The notes under the pieces: generated by a model
Databases searched by the model: none
What the model was told of the DNA's origin: nothing
Seen by the model: the letters and a program-made list of their open reading frames with translations, nothing else
Assembly: GCA_966250255.1 (NCBI GenBank)
Contig: CBINGV010000001.1
Span: 2,323-66,322 of the forward strand
Reading direction: 5' to 3'
DNA from: an uncultured Flavobacteriales bacterium
GTDB taxonomy: Bacteria > Bacteroidota > Bacteroidia > Flavobacteriales_D > Crocinitomicaceae
Length of the DNA stretch: 64,000 nucleotides
Program-made: the position numbers and the translations under genes
Part shown: positions 1-9,931 of the stretch, piece by piece
Layout: each line of letters opens with the position of its first letter
Numbering within the stretch: the first letter of the stretch is position 1

Positions 1-868
1 CTTCAAACGTGACATCACCCTCGCGTTTCGGGACAAAGCGCAGCTTATAGCACCACTGGTTATCGATGAAAGTCGAATCGTCGAGGTAAAAGCGGTAAAA
101 ATTGCGGGCGTAATTGGATACCGGGCTCACGAATGAACGGTCAAACAAAACGAGGTTGTTGTCGTAAATGTTCATGTCGAGGTACATGTCGCCCACGATC
201 TGGTTCAGCTGCAGGTTGTCGATCCCCGTGATTTTGGATGCGGTAATGATCTCGCGTTTCTTTTTCGGGTTGTTTTTGAAATAAAAATCCGAAATGGATT
301 CGCTCAGCAGGAAAGGCAGGTAACTTTTGCCGTTTTCGGCCGAATCGAGGTAATCCATCACCAGGTCGAGGCGCTTGATCACCGGCATTTTATTGAATTT
401 GTCGCCGATGTTGTTGACGTCAAACTGGATCTTGTTGTACAATTCGTATTCGTAGGCGTCCAGCTTTTCTTTATTGTTGATGTCCTTGTGCTTGATCACG
501 CGTTTGTGCAGGCGGGTGGAGGGTAGCTCGTCGGGTGGTTTTACAAAAACTTCCTCGACTTCGGCTGTCAGGACGTTCAGCTTCACATTGATTTCCTGGG
601 TGACATCTTTTTTGACGAAAACCGTTTTGGTCACATAACCGAAAAAAGAAACCTGGAGGCTGTCGGTGGCGTAGTATGTTTCGATCACGAAATAACCGGC
701 GGTGTCGGCAATTGCCCCGATTTTGGAATCGTAGAAACGGACACGGGCATTGGGAAGGGCTTCACCGGTCACCGCGTCTGTTACCTTTCCGTAGACCTTG
801 GTTTGCTGCGCCCCTCCGAAAAGGCTGATCCCGCAAAAAACAAGAAGTACTAAAAGGGGAGCCCTCAT
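1..868 (-). CDS. DUF5686-like / carboxypeptidase-regulatory-like domain protein, N-terminal part (gene runs off the left edge)
   Basis: My own minus-strand translation from the ATG at 866-868 gives MRAPLLVLLVFCGISLFGGAQQTKVYGKVTDAVTGEALPNARVRFYDSK... and stays open to position 1. The signal peptide, the CarboxypepD_reg-like start and a later FVSPVSNYARNFYRFYLDDS block parallel the paralog at 5860-8370. It is absent from the ORF track because it is truncated. Confidence 0.7.
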   Translation of the reverse strand, partial: MRAPLLVLLVFCGISLFGGAQQTKVYGKVTDAVTGEALPNARVRFYDSKIGAIADTAGYFVIETYYATDSLQVSFFGYVTKTVFVKKDVTQEINVKLNVLTAEVEEVFVKPPDELPSTRLHKRVIKHKDINNKEKLDAYEYELYNKIQFDVNNIGDKFNKMPVIKRLDLVMDYLDSAENGKSYLPFLLSESISDFYFKNNPKKKREIITASKITGIDNLQLNQIVGDMYLDMNIYDNNLVLFDRSFVSPVSNYARNFYRFYLDDSTFIDNQWCYKLRFVPKREGDVTFE

Positions 869-873
869 GCCGA

Positions 874-1662
874 TCAACTTTCTTTGTTACGTTTTTTCTC
901 TACACCAACAACGACAAATATACTCAATTCGTATAACAAAATAATCGGGATGGAAACAATAATCTGGCTGATCATATCGGGTGGCGTGATGATCGCCGAA
1001 AGGATCAGAACGCCCACGATGGCATGCTTGCGGTATTTGCGCAGGAACACGGCCGTGATGATGCCCAGTTTCCCGAACAGGTAAGCCACCACCGGCAGGA
1101 GAAAAAACAAACCACTGTAAAAGACCGTCGAAATGATGGTGCTCATGTAGGAATTCAGGTCGAATTCGTTCTGGATTTCGTTCGTGATTTTAAAGGTCCC
1201 GAAGAAGTGCACGCTCATCGGGGCAACCACGAAATAACCGAAAAGGATCCCGAAGAAAAAGAGCAGGCTGACATAAAAAACGATGCCGCGCACCACATTT
1301 TTTTCATTTTGCTTGAGGCCCGGCTTTACAAAAGACCAGATCTGGTGAAAAATAAAAGGAAAGCCCAAAACGACCCCGCCGATGAAGGACATCCAGATGG
1401 CATAACCGAATTGCCCGCCGACCTGTCGCGACTGGATGGAAGCCGGAATGTGGTCCACACACATGATCTTGAAATTCGAGCAGAAAAAGTCATAGGTCAC
1501 AAAATCCGAGCGCAGCATCGACATGAAAATATTGCGCATGATCCAGTCCATGTTCCACCACACGGCAATGGCAATGATGATGATCACGGCTGCGGACTTT
1601 ACCAATCGCCACCTCAACTCTTCGAGGTGGTCTAAAAATGACATTTCCTTACGATCTGACAT
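874..1662 (-). CDS. tatC: Twin-arginine translocase subunit TatC
   Basis: 262-aa polytopic membrane ORF with the TatC-type N-terminus MSFLDHLEELRWRLVKS. The true start may be the internal Met at 1644. Confidence 0.92.
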   Translation of the reverse strand: MSDRKEMSFLDHLEELRWRLVKSAAVIIIIAIAVWWNMDWIMRNIFMSMLRSDFVTYDFFCSNFKIMCVDHIPASIQSRQVGGQFGYAIWMSFIGGVVLGFPFIFHQIWSFVKPGLKQNEKNVVRGIVFYVSLLFFFGILFGYFVVAPMSVHFFGTFKITNEIQNEFDLNSYMSTIISTVFYSGLFFLLPVVAYLFGKLGIITAVFLRKYRKHAIVGVLILSAIITPPDMISQIIVSIPIILLYELSIFVVVGVEKKRNKES

Positions 1663-1821
1663 AGAGGGTACAAAAATAGTGAAACACTTTCAATTGCGTT
1701 CAATTTTTGTCGAAAACAGGCGTAAATTCTGAACGTTTAACCCAAAAACCGGCTTGTTTTTGTAAAACACCTAAACACACGGAAAAGATTAAGCGGGAAG
1801 GAGTTGTCAGAAAACAGAAAC

Positions 1822-4077
1822 TCAGGGTTCTTCCCGCAAACGCTCAAACACGCTGACGTATTCCTCCAGTTTTTCAAATAAGCCCTTCAAATCGGCCGGG
1901 ATGGCCTGCGGGAACAGTTTCCGGATTTGTGCAACACCGCTGCTTACCGCTTTTTCAGCACCCGCCCGGTCGTTTGCAGCAAATCTTTCGGCCATCAGTT
2001 TCATGCTTTGATTGACAATGGCTACCGTCATCATCCGCTTGTGGTTCAGGTCCAGCGTCATGTCCAGCAAGCCTGTGGCCGTGCTCCATTCGGGATGCAG
2101 CTCTTTTTCCACCACTTTTTGTTTTTTGCTCGCCGGATCGGTATACACCAGGCGTGCAACTACTTTTTGCTTTTCAATGGCCGGGGTTGAATTGATAATA
2201 TCCATTTTGAGCAGGGCCATTTTTTGCAGCCCGGGGAAGAGGTGGTCCACGTCAACCGTGAGCTTGCCTGCATTGAGTTGTGCATTTTCATAGCCGAGCA
2301 GTTGCCGGTAAACAATCTGGTCGTTGAATAACACTTCCAGCTTAACATCGGTCCCTATCGGGTTGGTAACACCGTCAAAAATTTTGAGGAAAGCCTGGCT
2401 GAAGTGAGAAGGATCGCCGGCCATCTGCATCGATCCGCCTCCAATCGTTGCCAGTTGTTCCAGCAAGGCCGCATTGTAATCGTAGCCCACGCCGATCGCA
2501 GAAATTTGCAGTCCTTTAGCGGCATAGCTTTTTGCGAGGTTCACGGAAAGCTCCGGGGCATCGCCGCCGTAGCCGTCAGACAGGAGCACGAGGCGGTTGA
2601 CCATCCCTGCTTTTTTATTCAGCTCCAGCTGCTTGAGCCCTTCTTCAAAGCCGATTGAGATGTTTGTTCCGCCGCGGGGCTGCAGGACACGGATCACATC
2701 ACAAATGGCATTTTTATCGGTGACAAACTGGGAGGCCAGCACCGGGTACACGGCATCTGAAAAAGCAACGATGCCTATTCGGTCATTCGGGGTCATGCGT
2801 TGCACGAGCTCGACTAAGGTATTTTTGAGCAATTCCAGCCTGTTTTCATTCGACATGGAGCCGGAGACATCGATCACGAAAAGCAGGTTTTTGGGAACCT
2901 CTACCTTTTTGTTTTTCTTATTGATTTTAAAGCCCACTTCCAACACGGCTTCTTTGGAAGAAGCATTGAATTTATTGCCCCACTTGAGAAACAAATCAAT
3001 TTCGTTTTCGCCGGAGGGATACTGGGCCGTGACAAAATCATTCACGTTCAAAGCCACGAGGTCCTTTACCCGGGGGATGAAAGATTCGATGTTCTCCAAC
3101 CTCGGGTCCGGGACGTAGTTGATGGATTCGCTAACCCTGGCAAAACCCTTCATCCGGCTGAGGTCCAGGGCTGCGGCATCCCGCTGAAAGGTGAAATCCA
3201 CGACGTATTTGCTTTTCAAAGGCAGCATGAAAATGACCTTCCCGTTTTGGTCGGTTTTGCCCTTGTACTTGATCGGGCCGCCCACGGTTTTCAGGTATAC
3301 CGGTTCGTTTGCAATCGCCTCCCCGTTTTTGAAAATGCTCAGGCTGACGAGTGCGTGTGAACTGCTTGGCTTGATTCCGGAAGGAATAAGCTGGCTGGTG
3401 TATTTTCCCTCCAGTTTTTCGGTAAAGGCCTTTTTTTCGTAATTTATAAATGTGCTGTGAATCGAGGATTCGTTACCCAAATCGATCCAGTCCATGGATG
3501 GAATGTCGGCCACATCAATCTCATAATCGTTGTTATTCGGCAGCATAAAAATACACTCACCGTTGGCATTGCTGGTGCCGGTATACTGCTCGGCCAGTTT
3601 AAAACAGGTAATAGTGACCGGGATATTGGCCTGTGGTTTTTCGTCCAGGCTTGTGAGCATGACTTTCAATACGGAATGACCGGCATCCGGGCGGGGAGCG
3701 GTAGTGAACTTTTGAGGCGTTTTTTTGAACGCGATGGCCGACCTGTCCGGCAAAATGCGGTTTTCGCGTTCCCAGGATACCGGGTCATAAGTGATCAGGT
3801 TGTTTGCTTTTCCGCTTCCTCCCACCTCCAGCCAGAGGCAGTTGCTCATCTCGCCCACGGAACCGATCCAGAGCTCGCCATGATCGAAAACCAGGTCTAA
3901 CACACCGGCGGCATTGGTTTTCTTTTCGATGCGCTCAAAGCTGTTTATTTCCACGAAACGGACCGCGAGGTTGCCGGCCGGCTTGTTTTGATTATCCATT
4001 ACCTGGAGGTGATAGCTGATCTGGGCGTTAACAAAGGGCATGCAGCAAAGCGCCAGCACAAGTCGAACTGTTTTCAT
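1822..4077 (-). CDS. Secreted von Willebrand factor type A (VWA) domain protein, YfbK-like architecture
   Basis: 751 aa with signal peptide MKTVRLVLALCCMPFVNAQ. MIDAS-type motif LLFVIDVSGSMS followed by LLSDGYGG in the C-terminal half. Confidence 0.85.
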   Translation of the reverse strand: MKTVRLVLALCCMPFVNAQISYHLQVMDNQNKPAGNLAVRFVEINSFERIEKKTNAAGVLDLVFDHGELWIGSVGEMSNCLWLEVGGSGKANNLITYDPVSWERENRILPDRSAIAFKKTPQKFTTAPRPDAGHSVLKVMLTSLDEKPQANIPVTITCFKLAEQYTGTSNANGECIFMLPNNNDYEIDVADIPSMDWIDLGNESSIHSTFINYEKKAFTEKLEGKYTSQLIPSGIKPSSSHALVSLSIFKNGEAIANEPVYLKTVGGPIKYKGKTDQNGKVIFMLPLKSKYVVDFTFQRDAAALDLSRMKGFARVSESINYVPDPRLENIESFIPRVKDLVALNVNDFVTAQYPSGENEIDLFLKWGNKFNASSKEAVLEVGFKINKKNKKVEVPKNLLFVIDVSGSMSNENRLELLKNTLVELVQRMTPNDRIGIVAFSDAVYPVLASQFVTDKNAICDVIRVLQPRGGTNISIGFEEGLKQLELNKKAGMVNRLVLLSDGYGGDAPELSVNLAKSYAAKGLQISAIGVGYDYNAALLEQLATIGGGSMQMAGDPSHFSQAFLKIFDGVTNPIGTDVKLEVLFNDQIVYRQLLGYENAQLNAGKLTVDVDHLFPGLQKMALLKMDIINSTPAIEKQKVVARLVYTDPASKKQKVVEKELHPEWSTATGLLDMTLDLNHKRMMTVAIVNQSMKLMAERFAANDRAGAEKAVSSGVAQIRKLFPQAIPADLKGLFEKLEEYVSVFERLREEP

Positions 4078-4287
4078 AAGCTTGAATTTGGAAGTTGTAT
4101 TTATTCAAACCCGGGATGCAGGAATTGGTTACAGTTTAATTTGTTGAATCAAACGTAAAAGATTGATTTTTAATTGATAAAATCTGTGTGATTTACTGTA
4201 AGAGGCGTTTTGAACCACAATTAATAAGTGTGAGTTGGAGTGTGAGTATTGAGTTTTTCTATACCCGCTTCTCAAACTCAAACTAAT

Positions 4288-5463
4288 TTAACGGACAACA
4301 CGTTTTGCCAGGAGGCTGCGGGCCAGTTCCCGGGCTTCGCGGTCAACGGCTACGAAATCTTCGTAAAGCGGGCTGGCCACAAAATGCGTATCGTGCATCA
4401 CCCGGCGGTTGATGGCGGCAATGTCCAGGAAACCGATTTTTTCTTCGAGAAAAGCCTGCACCGTCACTTCGTTGGCGGCATTAAGCGCACAGGCGGCCGT
4501 TCCTTTTTTCTCCATCGCTTCGTAGGCCGAATTGAGGTTGATGAAGGTTTCGCGGTCCGGTTTTTCAAAGCTCAGCGAAGGGTAATCCATGAAATTGAAG
4601 CGCGGAAAATCGGTCGGGAAACGCTCCGGGTAAGTGAGTGCGTACTGGATCGGCAGTTTCATATCCGGCAAGCCCATTTGCGCCTTCATGCTCCCGTCGC
4701 GAAACTGGACCAGCGAATGCACGATGGATTGCGGGTGCACGATCACATCGATTTGTTCAGCCGTGAGGTCAAACAGCCACTTGGCTTCGATCACTTCCAG
4801 GCCCTTGTTCATCAGGCTGGCCGAATCGATCGTGATTTTGGCGCCCATCGACCAGTTGGGATGCTTGAGCGCCTGGGCGGGAGTTACGTTTTGCAGCTGA
4901 TCCAGCGTCCATCCGCGGAAAGGCCCGCCGGAAGCCGTGAGGTAAATTTTTTCGATCGGGTTGCCCGCTTCACCGGTGAGGCATTGAAAAATGGCCGAGT
5001 GCTCCGAATCCACGGGGTAAACCGCAACCTGGTTTTCCAGGGCAAGTTTGGTGATCAGCTCGCCGGCAACCACCAGCGTTTCCTTATTCGCGAGGGCAAT
5101 GGTTTTTTGGGCTTTAATGGCGGAGATGGTCGGTTTGAGCCCGGCGTATCCGACCAGGGCCGTCAGTACAATATCAATTTCCGAAGATTCGACCACCTGG
5201 GCCAGGGCGTCGGAACCGCAGTAGACCTTGATGTCTTCGTTCCAAAGCGCGTCTTTGACCTTTTGGTAACTCGTTTCATCCACGATGACCACGCAGTTCG
5301 GTTTGAATTTTTTGGCCTGGCTGATCAGTAAATCCGCATTTCCGTTGGCCGTCAGTACTTCCAGGTTAAAATAATCGGGGTAGGTTTCGAGCACTTCGAG
5401 CGCCTGGGTACCGATCGAACCGGTAGAACCTAAAATTGCGAGGCCTTTTTTGGATTTCATCAT
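4288..5463 (-). CDS. dxr: 1-deoxy-D-xylulose 5-phosphate reductoisomerase
   Basis: 391 aa. N-terminal LAILGSTGSIGTQALEV dinucleotide fold and the conserved PVDSEHSAIFQCL block typical of Dxr. Confidence 0.95.
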   Translation of the reverse strand: MMKSKKGLAILGSTGSIGTQALEVLETYPDYFNLEVLTANGNADLLISQAKKFKPNCVVIVDETSYQKVKDALWNEDIKVYCGSDALAQVVESSEIDIVLTALVGYAGLKPTISAIKAQKTIALANKETLVVAGELITKLALENQVAVYPVDSEHSAIFQCLTGEAGNPIEKIYLTASGGPFRGWTLDQLQNVTPAQALKHPNWSMGAKITIDSASLMNKGLEVIEAKWLFDLTAEQIDVIVHPQSIVHSLVQFRDGSMKAQMGLPDMKLPIQYALTYPERFPTDFPRFNFMDYPSLSFEKPDRETFINLNSAYEAMEKKGTAACALNAANEVTVQAFLEEKIGFLDIAAINRRVMHDTHFVASPLYEDFVAVDREARELARSLLAKRVVR

Positions 5464-5859
5464 ACAAAACTAAGGAAAATTTTACACAATTTTTTTTGGC
5501 TTCCCTGTAACTTTTTTACAACTTCCCCGTCTCACGGAAAAACCAAGTCTTTGAAACATTTATTTACTACGTCCCTGCCGTCTTTTTCTTTTTCATGCCC
5601 AAAAACAGAAATTCAATACGTGGGTATAAAAGCTGAACAGATGACCAAAAACAGCGTCACCAACAAACTGTTCAGCAACGATAAACTGATCAAAAAAGCG
5701 GAGACAATGACAGAGAATACGTTTATTAGCCACTACAGGACGGGTTTTAAATTTTAAAGGACGATTATTTGATACGGACGTCGGGAGTTTACTGAACTGA
5801 CCTGAAATTTGTTATATTGCAGTCCAAATAATTCATAAAGCACTAAATTTAAACCCCTT

Positions 5860-8370
5860 ATGAAACAAATTGCCCTGTTAAGCCTGTTCATGCTTTTTCT
5901 CGCTAACCCGACTCTTTTCGGGCAGGTTATCCGTGGAAAGATCACAGATCATCACGGCGCGGAAGTTCCCTTTGCCAAAGTCCGTGTGGAAAATACGGGT
6001 TATGGAACAGTGGCGAATGCGGTCGGTGTTTACCAGCTCGAGTTGAAAAAAGGGAAATACGTCCTGATCTTTTCGGCCTTTGGCTACGACAACCACATCG
6101 ATACCGTCGAAATCCGGGAAGAATTTACCGAGCACCCGGTGACCCTGCAGGAACCTTTGCAGCACCTTGAAGAAGTCGTGGTGGTGAGCCAAACCAAACG
6201 CGAGCGCGGAAAGGAGATCATGAAAGCCGCCATTGACAGGCGCTCATATTTCGACGATTTGCTCTCCGAATACCGCTGCGATACCTACTGTTTCGGGGCG
6301 CTCGAAAAAGACAAGCTCGATAGCATCAACAAAGATTCGATCATTGGCCGGGAAAAACTGAACCTGATCGAATGGCGCGCCTTTACTTCCTTTAAAAAAC
6401 CAAACAAATTCAAAGACGAGTTTTACGCCTACAATGACTTTACCGATCAATTCCAGGAACTGGGAACGGTAAGCGTGGGGATCAGCTACGACGGGAGCGA
6501 AGCCAACCTGGCGCCGGAAGGCGGCCTCGAAACCAACCCTTACCTGTTCATTACCAGCATCAAGGATGCTCATTTTTCGATTTTCGACAATGCGATCGAT
6601 GCACCGAAACTGACGCAAAACCCGCTGATTTCACCCCTGTCCTTCAACGCTTTTTTCTATTACAGCTTTTACCTCGAGAATTCCTTCTCCGACAGCCTGG
6701 GCAATATCATTTATGAGATCTCGGTCAAGCCGAAATTCAGCCACGAAGCCTTGTTCGACGGTACCATTTTCATCCGCGACCAAAGCTGGGAAGTCGTTTC
6801 CTATGACCTGGGGATCAACCCGGCGGTTTTGCTGTTCTTCAAGGACATTCGTATCATTTGCGATTATACGAAAGTGGGTGAGCGCCTCGTGCCGAAACGC
6901 CGCGAGTTTGTGTATGACATCAAGGAAGGAAAAACGATCATCAACGGGCTCATCCGTATTTCACACCAGGATTACAGCTTTCATGTAGAAGACGAAAAAC
7001 CGCGCTACTGGCAGGAAACAGCCGTTTTTACGGATGATGCTTTCGATAAGGATTCGGCCTACTGGAATGAAAAACGCCCCTTCACCCTGAAAGATATCGA
7101 GAAAAAATTCATCCACGAGCAGGACAGCATCATCACCTACCACGAAAGCGATGCTTATTTGCGCCGCATGGACAGTATCCGCAACGAATTCCGCTGGTGG
7201 AGCATTTTTGTAGGGACCCTGGGGCATGTCAATTCCTTCAAAAAATATGAATTTTACGTCGGCAGCCTCATCCAGCAAGTCATTCCTTTCGGGGTGGGTG
7301 GCTATCGCCATCGCTTGCCGGTGACTTATAAGAAAGAATTTAAAAACGGCTACAAATTGTCGCTTTCACCCGAAATTGATTACGGTTTCCTGAACAAAGA
7401 CCTCAAAGGCTCGTTCGATGGCTCGATCATGTACAACCCGCGGAATTTTTCGACCCTCGGCTTCGTATTCGGCGATATGTACGATTTCATGACCAACAAC
7501 CTCAACATTACGCAAAGCTTATTACCGGTTTCAAACCGCGTCCGGAACCAAAAATTCGAGGTCAACTACAGCCGGGAAGTGATCAACGGGCTTTATGCAA
7601 AGGGAACGCTGCATTATTCCGACCGCCAGTCGATTGAAAACATGAAACACCCGGCCTGGTGGGATACCGTCAAGCTGTTTTTTGTTCCGCCCCAGCCTTT
7701 CGAGCGCTACAAGATTTTCCTGGCTACGGTTGACCTGGAATACCATTTCAAGCAAAAATACATGATCCGCAAGGGCCGGAAAATTGTGTTCGGATCACCC
7801 TGGCCAACGCTTTATTTCCAGTACAAAAAAGCCATCCCGAATGTGTTCAACTCGGAGGCGGCCTTTGATAAAGTTGAATTCCGGATCCAGGACGAGATTA
7901 AGTTCAATTCCTTCGGGAATTCAGACCTGAAGTTTGTTTCGGGCTATTATTTCAACAAGCAGAACATCCGCCTGATCGAGTACAAGTTTTTCAGGCAATC
8001 GGACCTGGGCTTCTTTTCCGACCCGACGAATACGATGCAGATGCTGGATACTTTCCTGACGACGAACAGGTCGTACATGCAGTTCAATTTTATCCATCAT
8101 TTCAATGGCTTTTTCCTGAATAAGATCTGGGGGATTAATCGCCTGAAACTGGAAGAAACCATCGGCGGCGGCTTCCTGGCGATTCCGGAAGCGAATTTTT
8201 CACAGGTGGAATTCTTCGCCGGGCTGGAACGCAAATGCCGCATCAAAAAGACGATTTTCAAAATCGGATATGACGCCTGTATGCAGGGAAATACCTTTGA
8301 CAAAGCCGCGCTGCGCTTCAAAGTCGGGATCAATTTCTACGATTCCTTCCTGGATAAGTGGGATTATTAA
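5860..8370 (+). CDS. DUF5686-like protein with N-terminal carboxypeptidase-regulatory-like domain
   Basis: 836 aa with a signal peptide, then IRGKITDHHGAEVPFAKVRVENTGYGTVANAVGVYQLEL (CarboxypepD_reg-like). Paralogous to the truncated ORF at 1-868. Confidence 0.8.
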   Translation: MKQIALLSLFMLFLANPTLFGQVIRGKITDHHGAEVPFAKVRVENTGYGTVANAVGVYQLELKKGKYVLIFSAFGYDNHIDTVEIREEFTEHPVTLQEPLQHLEEVVVVSQTKRERGKEIMKAAIDRRSYFDDLLSEYRCDTYCFGALEKDKLDSINKDSIIGREKLNLIEWRAFTSFKKPNKFKDEFYAYNDFTDQFQELGTVSVGISYDGSEANLAPEGGLETNPYLFITSIKDAHFSIFDNAIDAPKLTQNPLISPLSFNAFFYYSFYLENSFSDSLGNIIYEISVKPKFSHEALFDGTIFIRDQSWEVVSYDLGINPAVLLFFKDIRIICDYTKVGERLVPKRREFVYDIKEGKTIINGLIRISHQDYSFHVEDEKPRYWQETAVFTDDAFDKDSAYWNEKRPFTLKDIEKKFIHEQDSIITYHESDAYLRRMDSIRNEFRWWSIFVGTLGHVNSFKKYEFYVGSLIQQVIPFGVGGYRHRLPVTYKKEFKNGYKLSLSPEIDYGFLNKDLKGSFDGSIMYNPRNFSTLGFVFGDMYDFMTNNLNITQSLLPVSNRVRNQKFEVNYSREVINGLYAKGTLHYSDRQSIENMKHPAWWDTVKLFFVPPQPFERYKIFLATVDLEYHFKQKYMIRKGRKIVFGSPWPTLYFQYKKAIPNVFNSEAAFDKVEFRIQDEIKFNSFGNSDLKFVSGYYFNKQNIRLIEYKFFRQSDLGFFSDPTNTMQMLDTFLTTNRSYMQFNFIHHFNGFFLNKIWGINRLKLEETIGGGFLAIPEANFSQVEFFAGLERKCRIKKTIFKIGYDACMQGNTFDKAALRFKVGINFYDSFLDKWDY

Positions 8371-8428
8371 CTAATATGCTAATGTGCCAATGATTTAATG
8401 TGCAAATTGAACCGTTAGCATAAATAAA

Positions 8429-9844
8429 TTATTCTACAATAACTTTCAAAGTACCCGTTCTTCCGCTGGCATTGCGGATTTGCACGAAGTAAATGCCCGG
8501 GTTTAGGCCTGCTTCCTTGCAAGGAATCGTTTTGGAAATGGTATGCAATCCTTTTTCGGAATAAACCCGTTTTCCAAGCGCGTTATACACCCCGATTTCA
8601 GTCATGGCTTCTTCCGATTCGATTTCCAGGAGATCGCTTCCTGCCAGCGGGTTGGGGTATACCCGGAACGCAGCATTGTTTTCAAGCTCGTCAACACCAC
8701 CCAGGCCGGAAACGTTTACCTGCCCGTTACAGGTTGAGTTCTGGCTGTTGTTGTAAATCGTCAGCACCGGCTGGTAGTTTCCGGGATTGCTGTATTGTTT
8801 CCAGGGCGACCGGCGGTAAGTGATCATGTGACCATCACCTCCTGCATAAGAAACCTGTACCGCACCGATGGTGAGGCAGGAAAACTGCACGATATGCGGA
8901 GCATTGCCCGACTGATCGCTGACGAAAAACTTACAATTGAAGGTATTGTAATTGCTTTCCCAGTTTCCCGAGTTCAGGTTAAAGCCATATTTGTAAAAAG
9001 TGGTCCCGGAAAACCATTGAATCGAGCCGTCAACAATAGTCGGGTTGGTGTTGTTGGAGTTGCTGTTGAAAGTCGTATATACCCAGTTTTGCGAATTGGG
9101 GTTGTAAACCGCGCCGCCCACGGTCCCGGAATCTGAAATAAAGGCAATGATCCCGTTTTGGTTGATCACATCGTTGCCGCTATTGCCGTTAAAAGTCGTG
9201 TATTTCCAGTTACTGGCCCCCGGATCGTAGATTGCCCCGCCAACGGTTCCGCTTGCAGAAACAAAAGCGATTACCCCTTGTTCATTCGTGATGAGGTTGC
9301 CGCTGTTGCCGTTGAAGGTGGTATACATCCACTGATGCAAGCCGGCATCGTACACCGCGCCGCCTACAGTACCCGAATCGGAAACCCAGGCAATCGTTCC
9401 GTCATTGTTGATGATGTCATTCCCCGAATTGCCGTTGAAAGTCGTATACACCCAGTTTTGCAGGGAAGGATCATAAACAGCGCCACCCACCGTGCCTGAT
9501 GCGGAAACCCAGGCCACCACGCCATCCATATTCGTTACTATGTTTCCGAAATTGCTGTTGAAGGTGGTATATTCCCACTGATGCTGGTTAATGTCGTAAA
9601 TCGCTGCACCTACTGCTGAGCCGGTCGTGACCCAGGCAACAATGCCCTCCGTGACATAATACGTTTCCAGCCCGCTTTGCGTCAGGCTTTGCGTTTGGTT
9701 CAACACCGGGTCGAAAACGGACATCGTAATGGTGGAGCCATTCGGAACAACATTCACATAAAGTCCCCAGCCCCAGTTGGCATTTTGTGCAAGGGCGCTG
9801 TTACAAATGAACAGCAATGCCGCGAAAGAGATTAGTTTTTGCAT
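8429..9844 (-). CDS. Secreted repeat protein with T9SS C-terminal sorting domain
   Basis: 471 aa with a signal peptide and five to six 41-aa tandem repeats (SGTVGGAVYD..W.YTTFNGNSGN....G.IA.VS.). The C-terminus FRVYPNPLAGSDLLEIE...GIYFVQIRNASGRTGTLKVIVE looks like a T9SS type A CTD. Confidence 0.85.
   Translation of the reverse strand: MQKLISFAALLFICNSALAQNANWGWGLYVNVVPNGSTITMSVFDPVLNQTQSLTQSGLETYYVTEGIVAWVTTGSAVGAAIYDINQHQWEYTTFNSNFGNIVTNMDGVVAWVSASGTVGGAVYDPSLQNWVYTTFNGNSGNDIINNDGTIAWVSDSGTVGGAVYDAGLHQWMYTTFNGNSGNLITNEQGVIAFVSASGTVGGAIYDPGASNWKYTTFNGNSGNDVINQNGIIAFISDSGTVGGAVYNPNSQNWVYTTFNSNSNNTNPTIVDGSIQWFSGTTFYKYGFNLNSGNWESNYNTFNCKFFVSDQSGNAPHIVQFSCLTIGAVQVSYAGGDGHMITYRRSPWKQYSNPGNYQPVLTIYNNSQNSTCNGQVNVSGLGGVDELENNAAFRVYPNPLAGSDLLEIESEEAMTEIGVYNALGKRVYSEKGLHTISKTIPCKEAGLNPGIYFVQIRNASGRTGTLKVIVE
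9005..9619 (-). repeat. Five in-frame tandem repeats of 123 nt (41 aa) inside the T9SS protein gene
   Basis: The SGTVGG motif recurs at residues 117, 158, 199 and 240 (period exactly 41), with a more diverged unit from residue 76. Confidence 0.85.
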
Positions 9845-9931
9845 AATAACAAAACTAATAAAAATGTGGCATTGAAAATTAAAAATATAGAATTGCCGGG
9901 AAAGGATTTAAATTCGCTGTTCAGCGCAATT

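Noticed and set aside
4249-5331. Very long ORFs antisense to well-supported genes. Examples: 4249-5331 opposite dxr, 12775-13704 opposite the C1 peptidase, 17504-18349 opposite the MORN protein, 21020-21877 opposite hppD, 31350-32420 and 34015-35340 opposite the SBP and TonB receptor, 35525-36244 opposite ppa, 47916-49784 and 50034-50732 opposite the nuclease, 51261-53258 opposite aspS, and 59201-60043 opposite purF.
   Set aside because: Their translations are low-complexity (rich in R, F, H, V and G) with no recognisable motifs. The opposite strand carries unmistakable conserved proteins in every case. They look like shadow ORFs caused by codon usage that avoids antisense stops, not overlapping genes.
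1-8370. The two DUF5686-like paralogs flanking tatC-VWA-dxr, considered as a meaningful module.
   Set aside because: They lie in opposite orientations around unrelated housekeeping genes. Nothing in the sequence links them functionally, so I only note the paralogy in the feature list.
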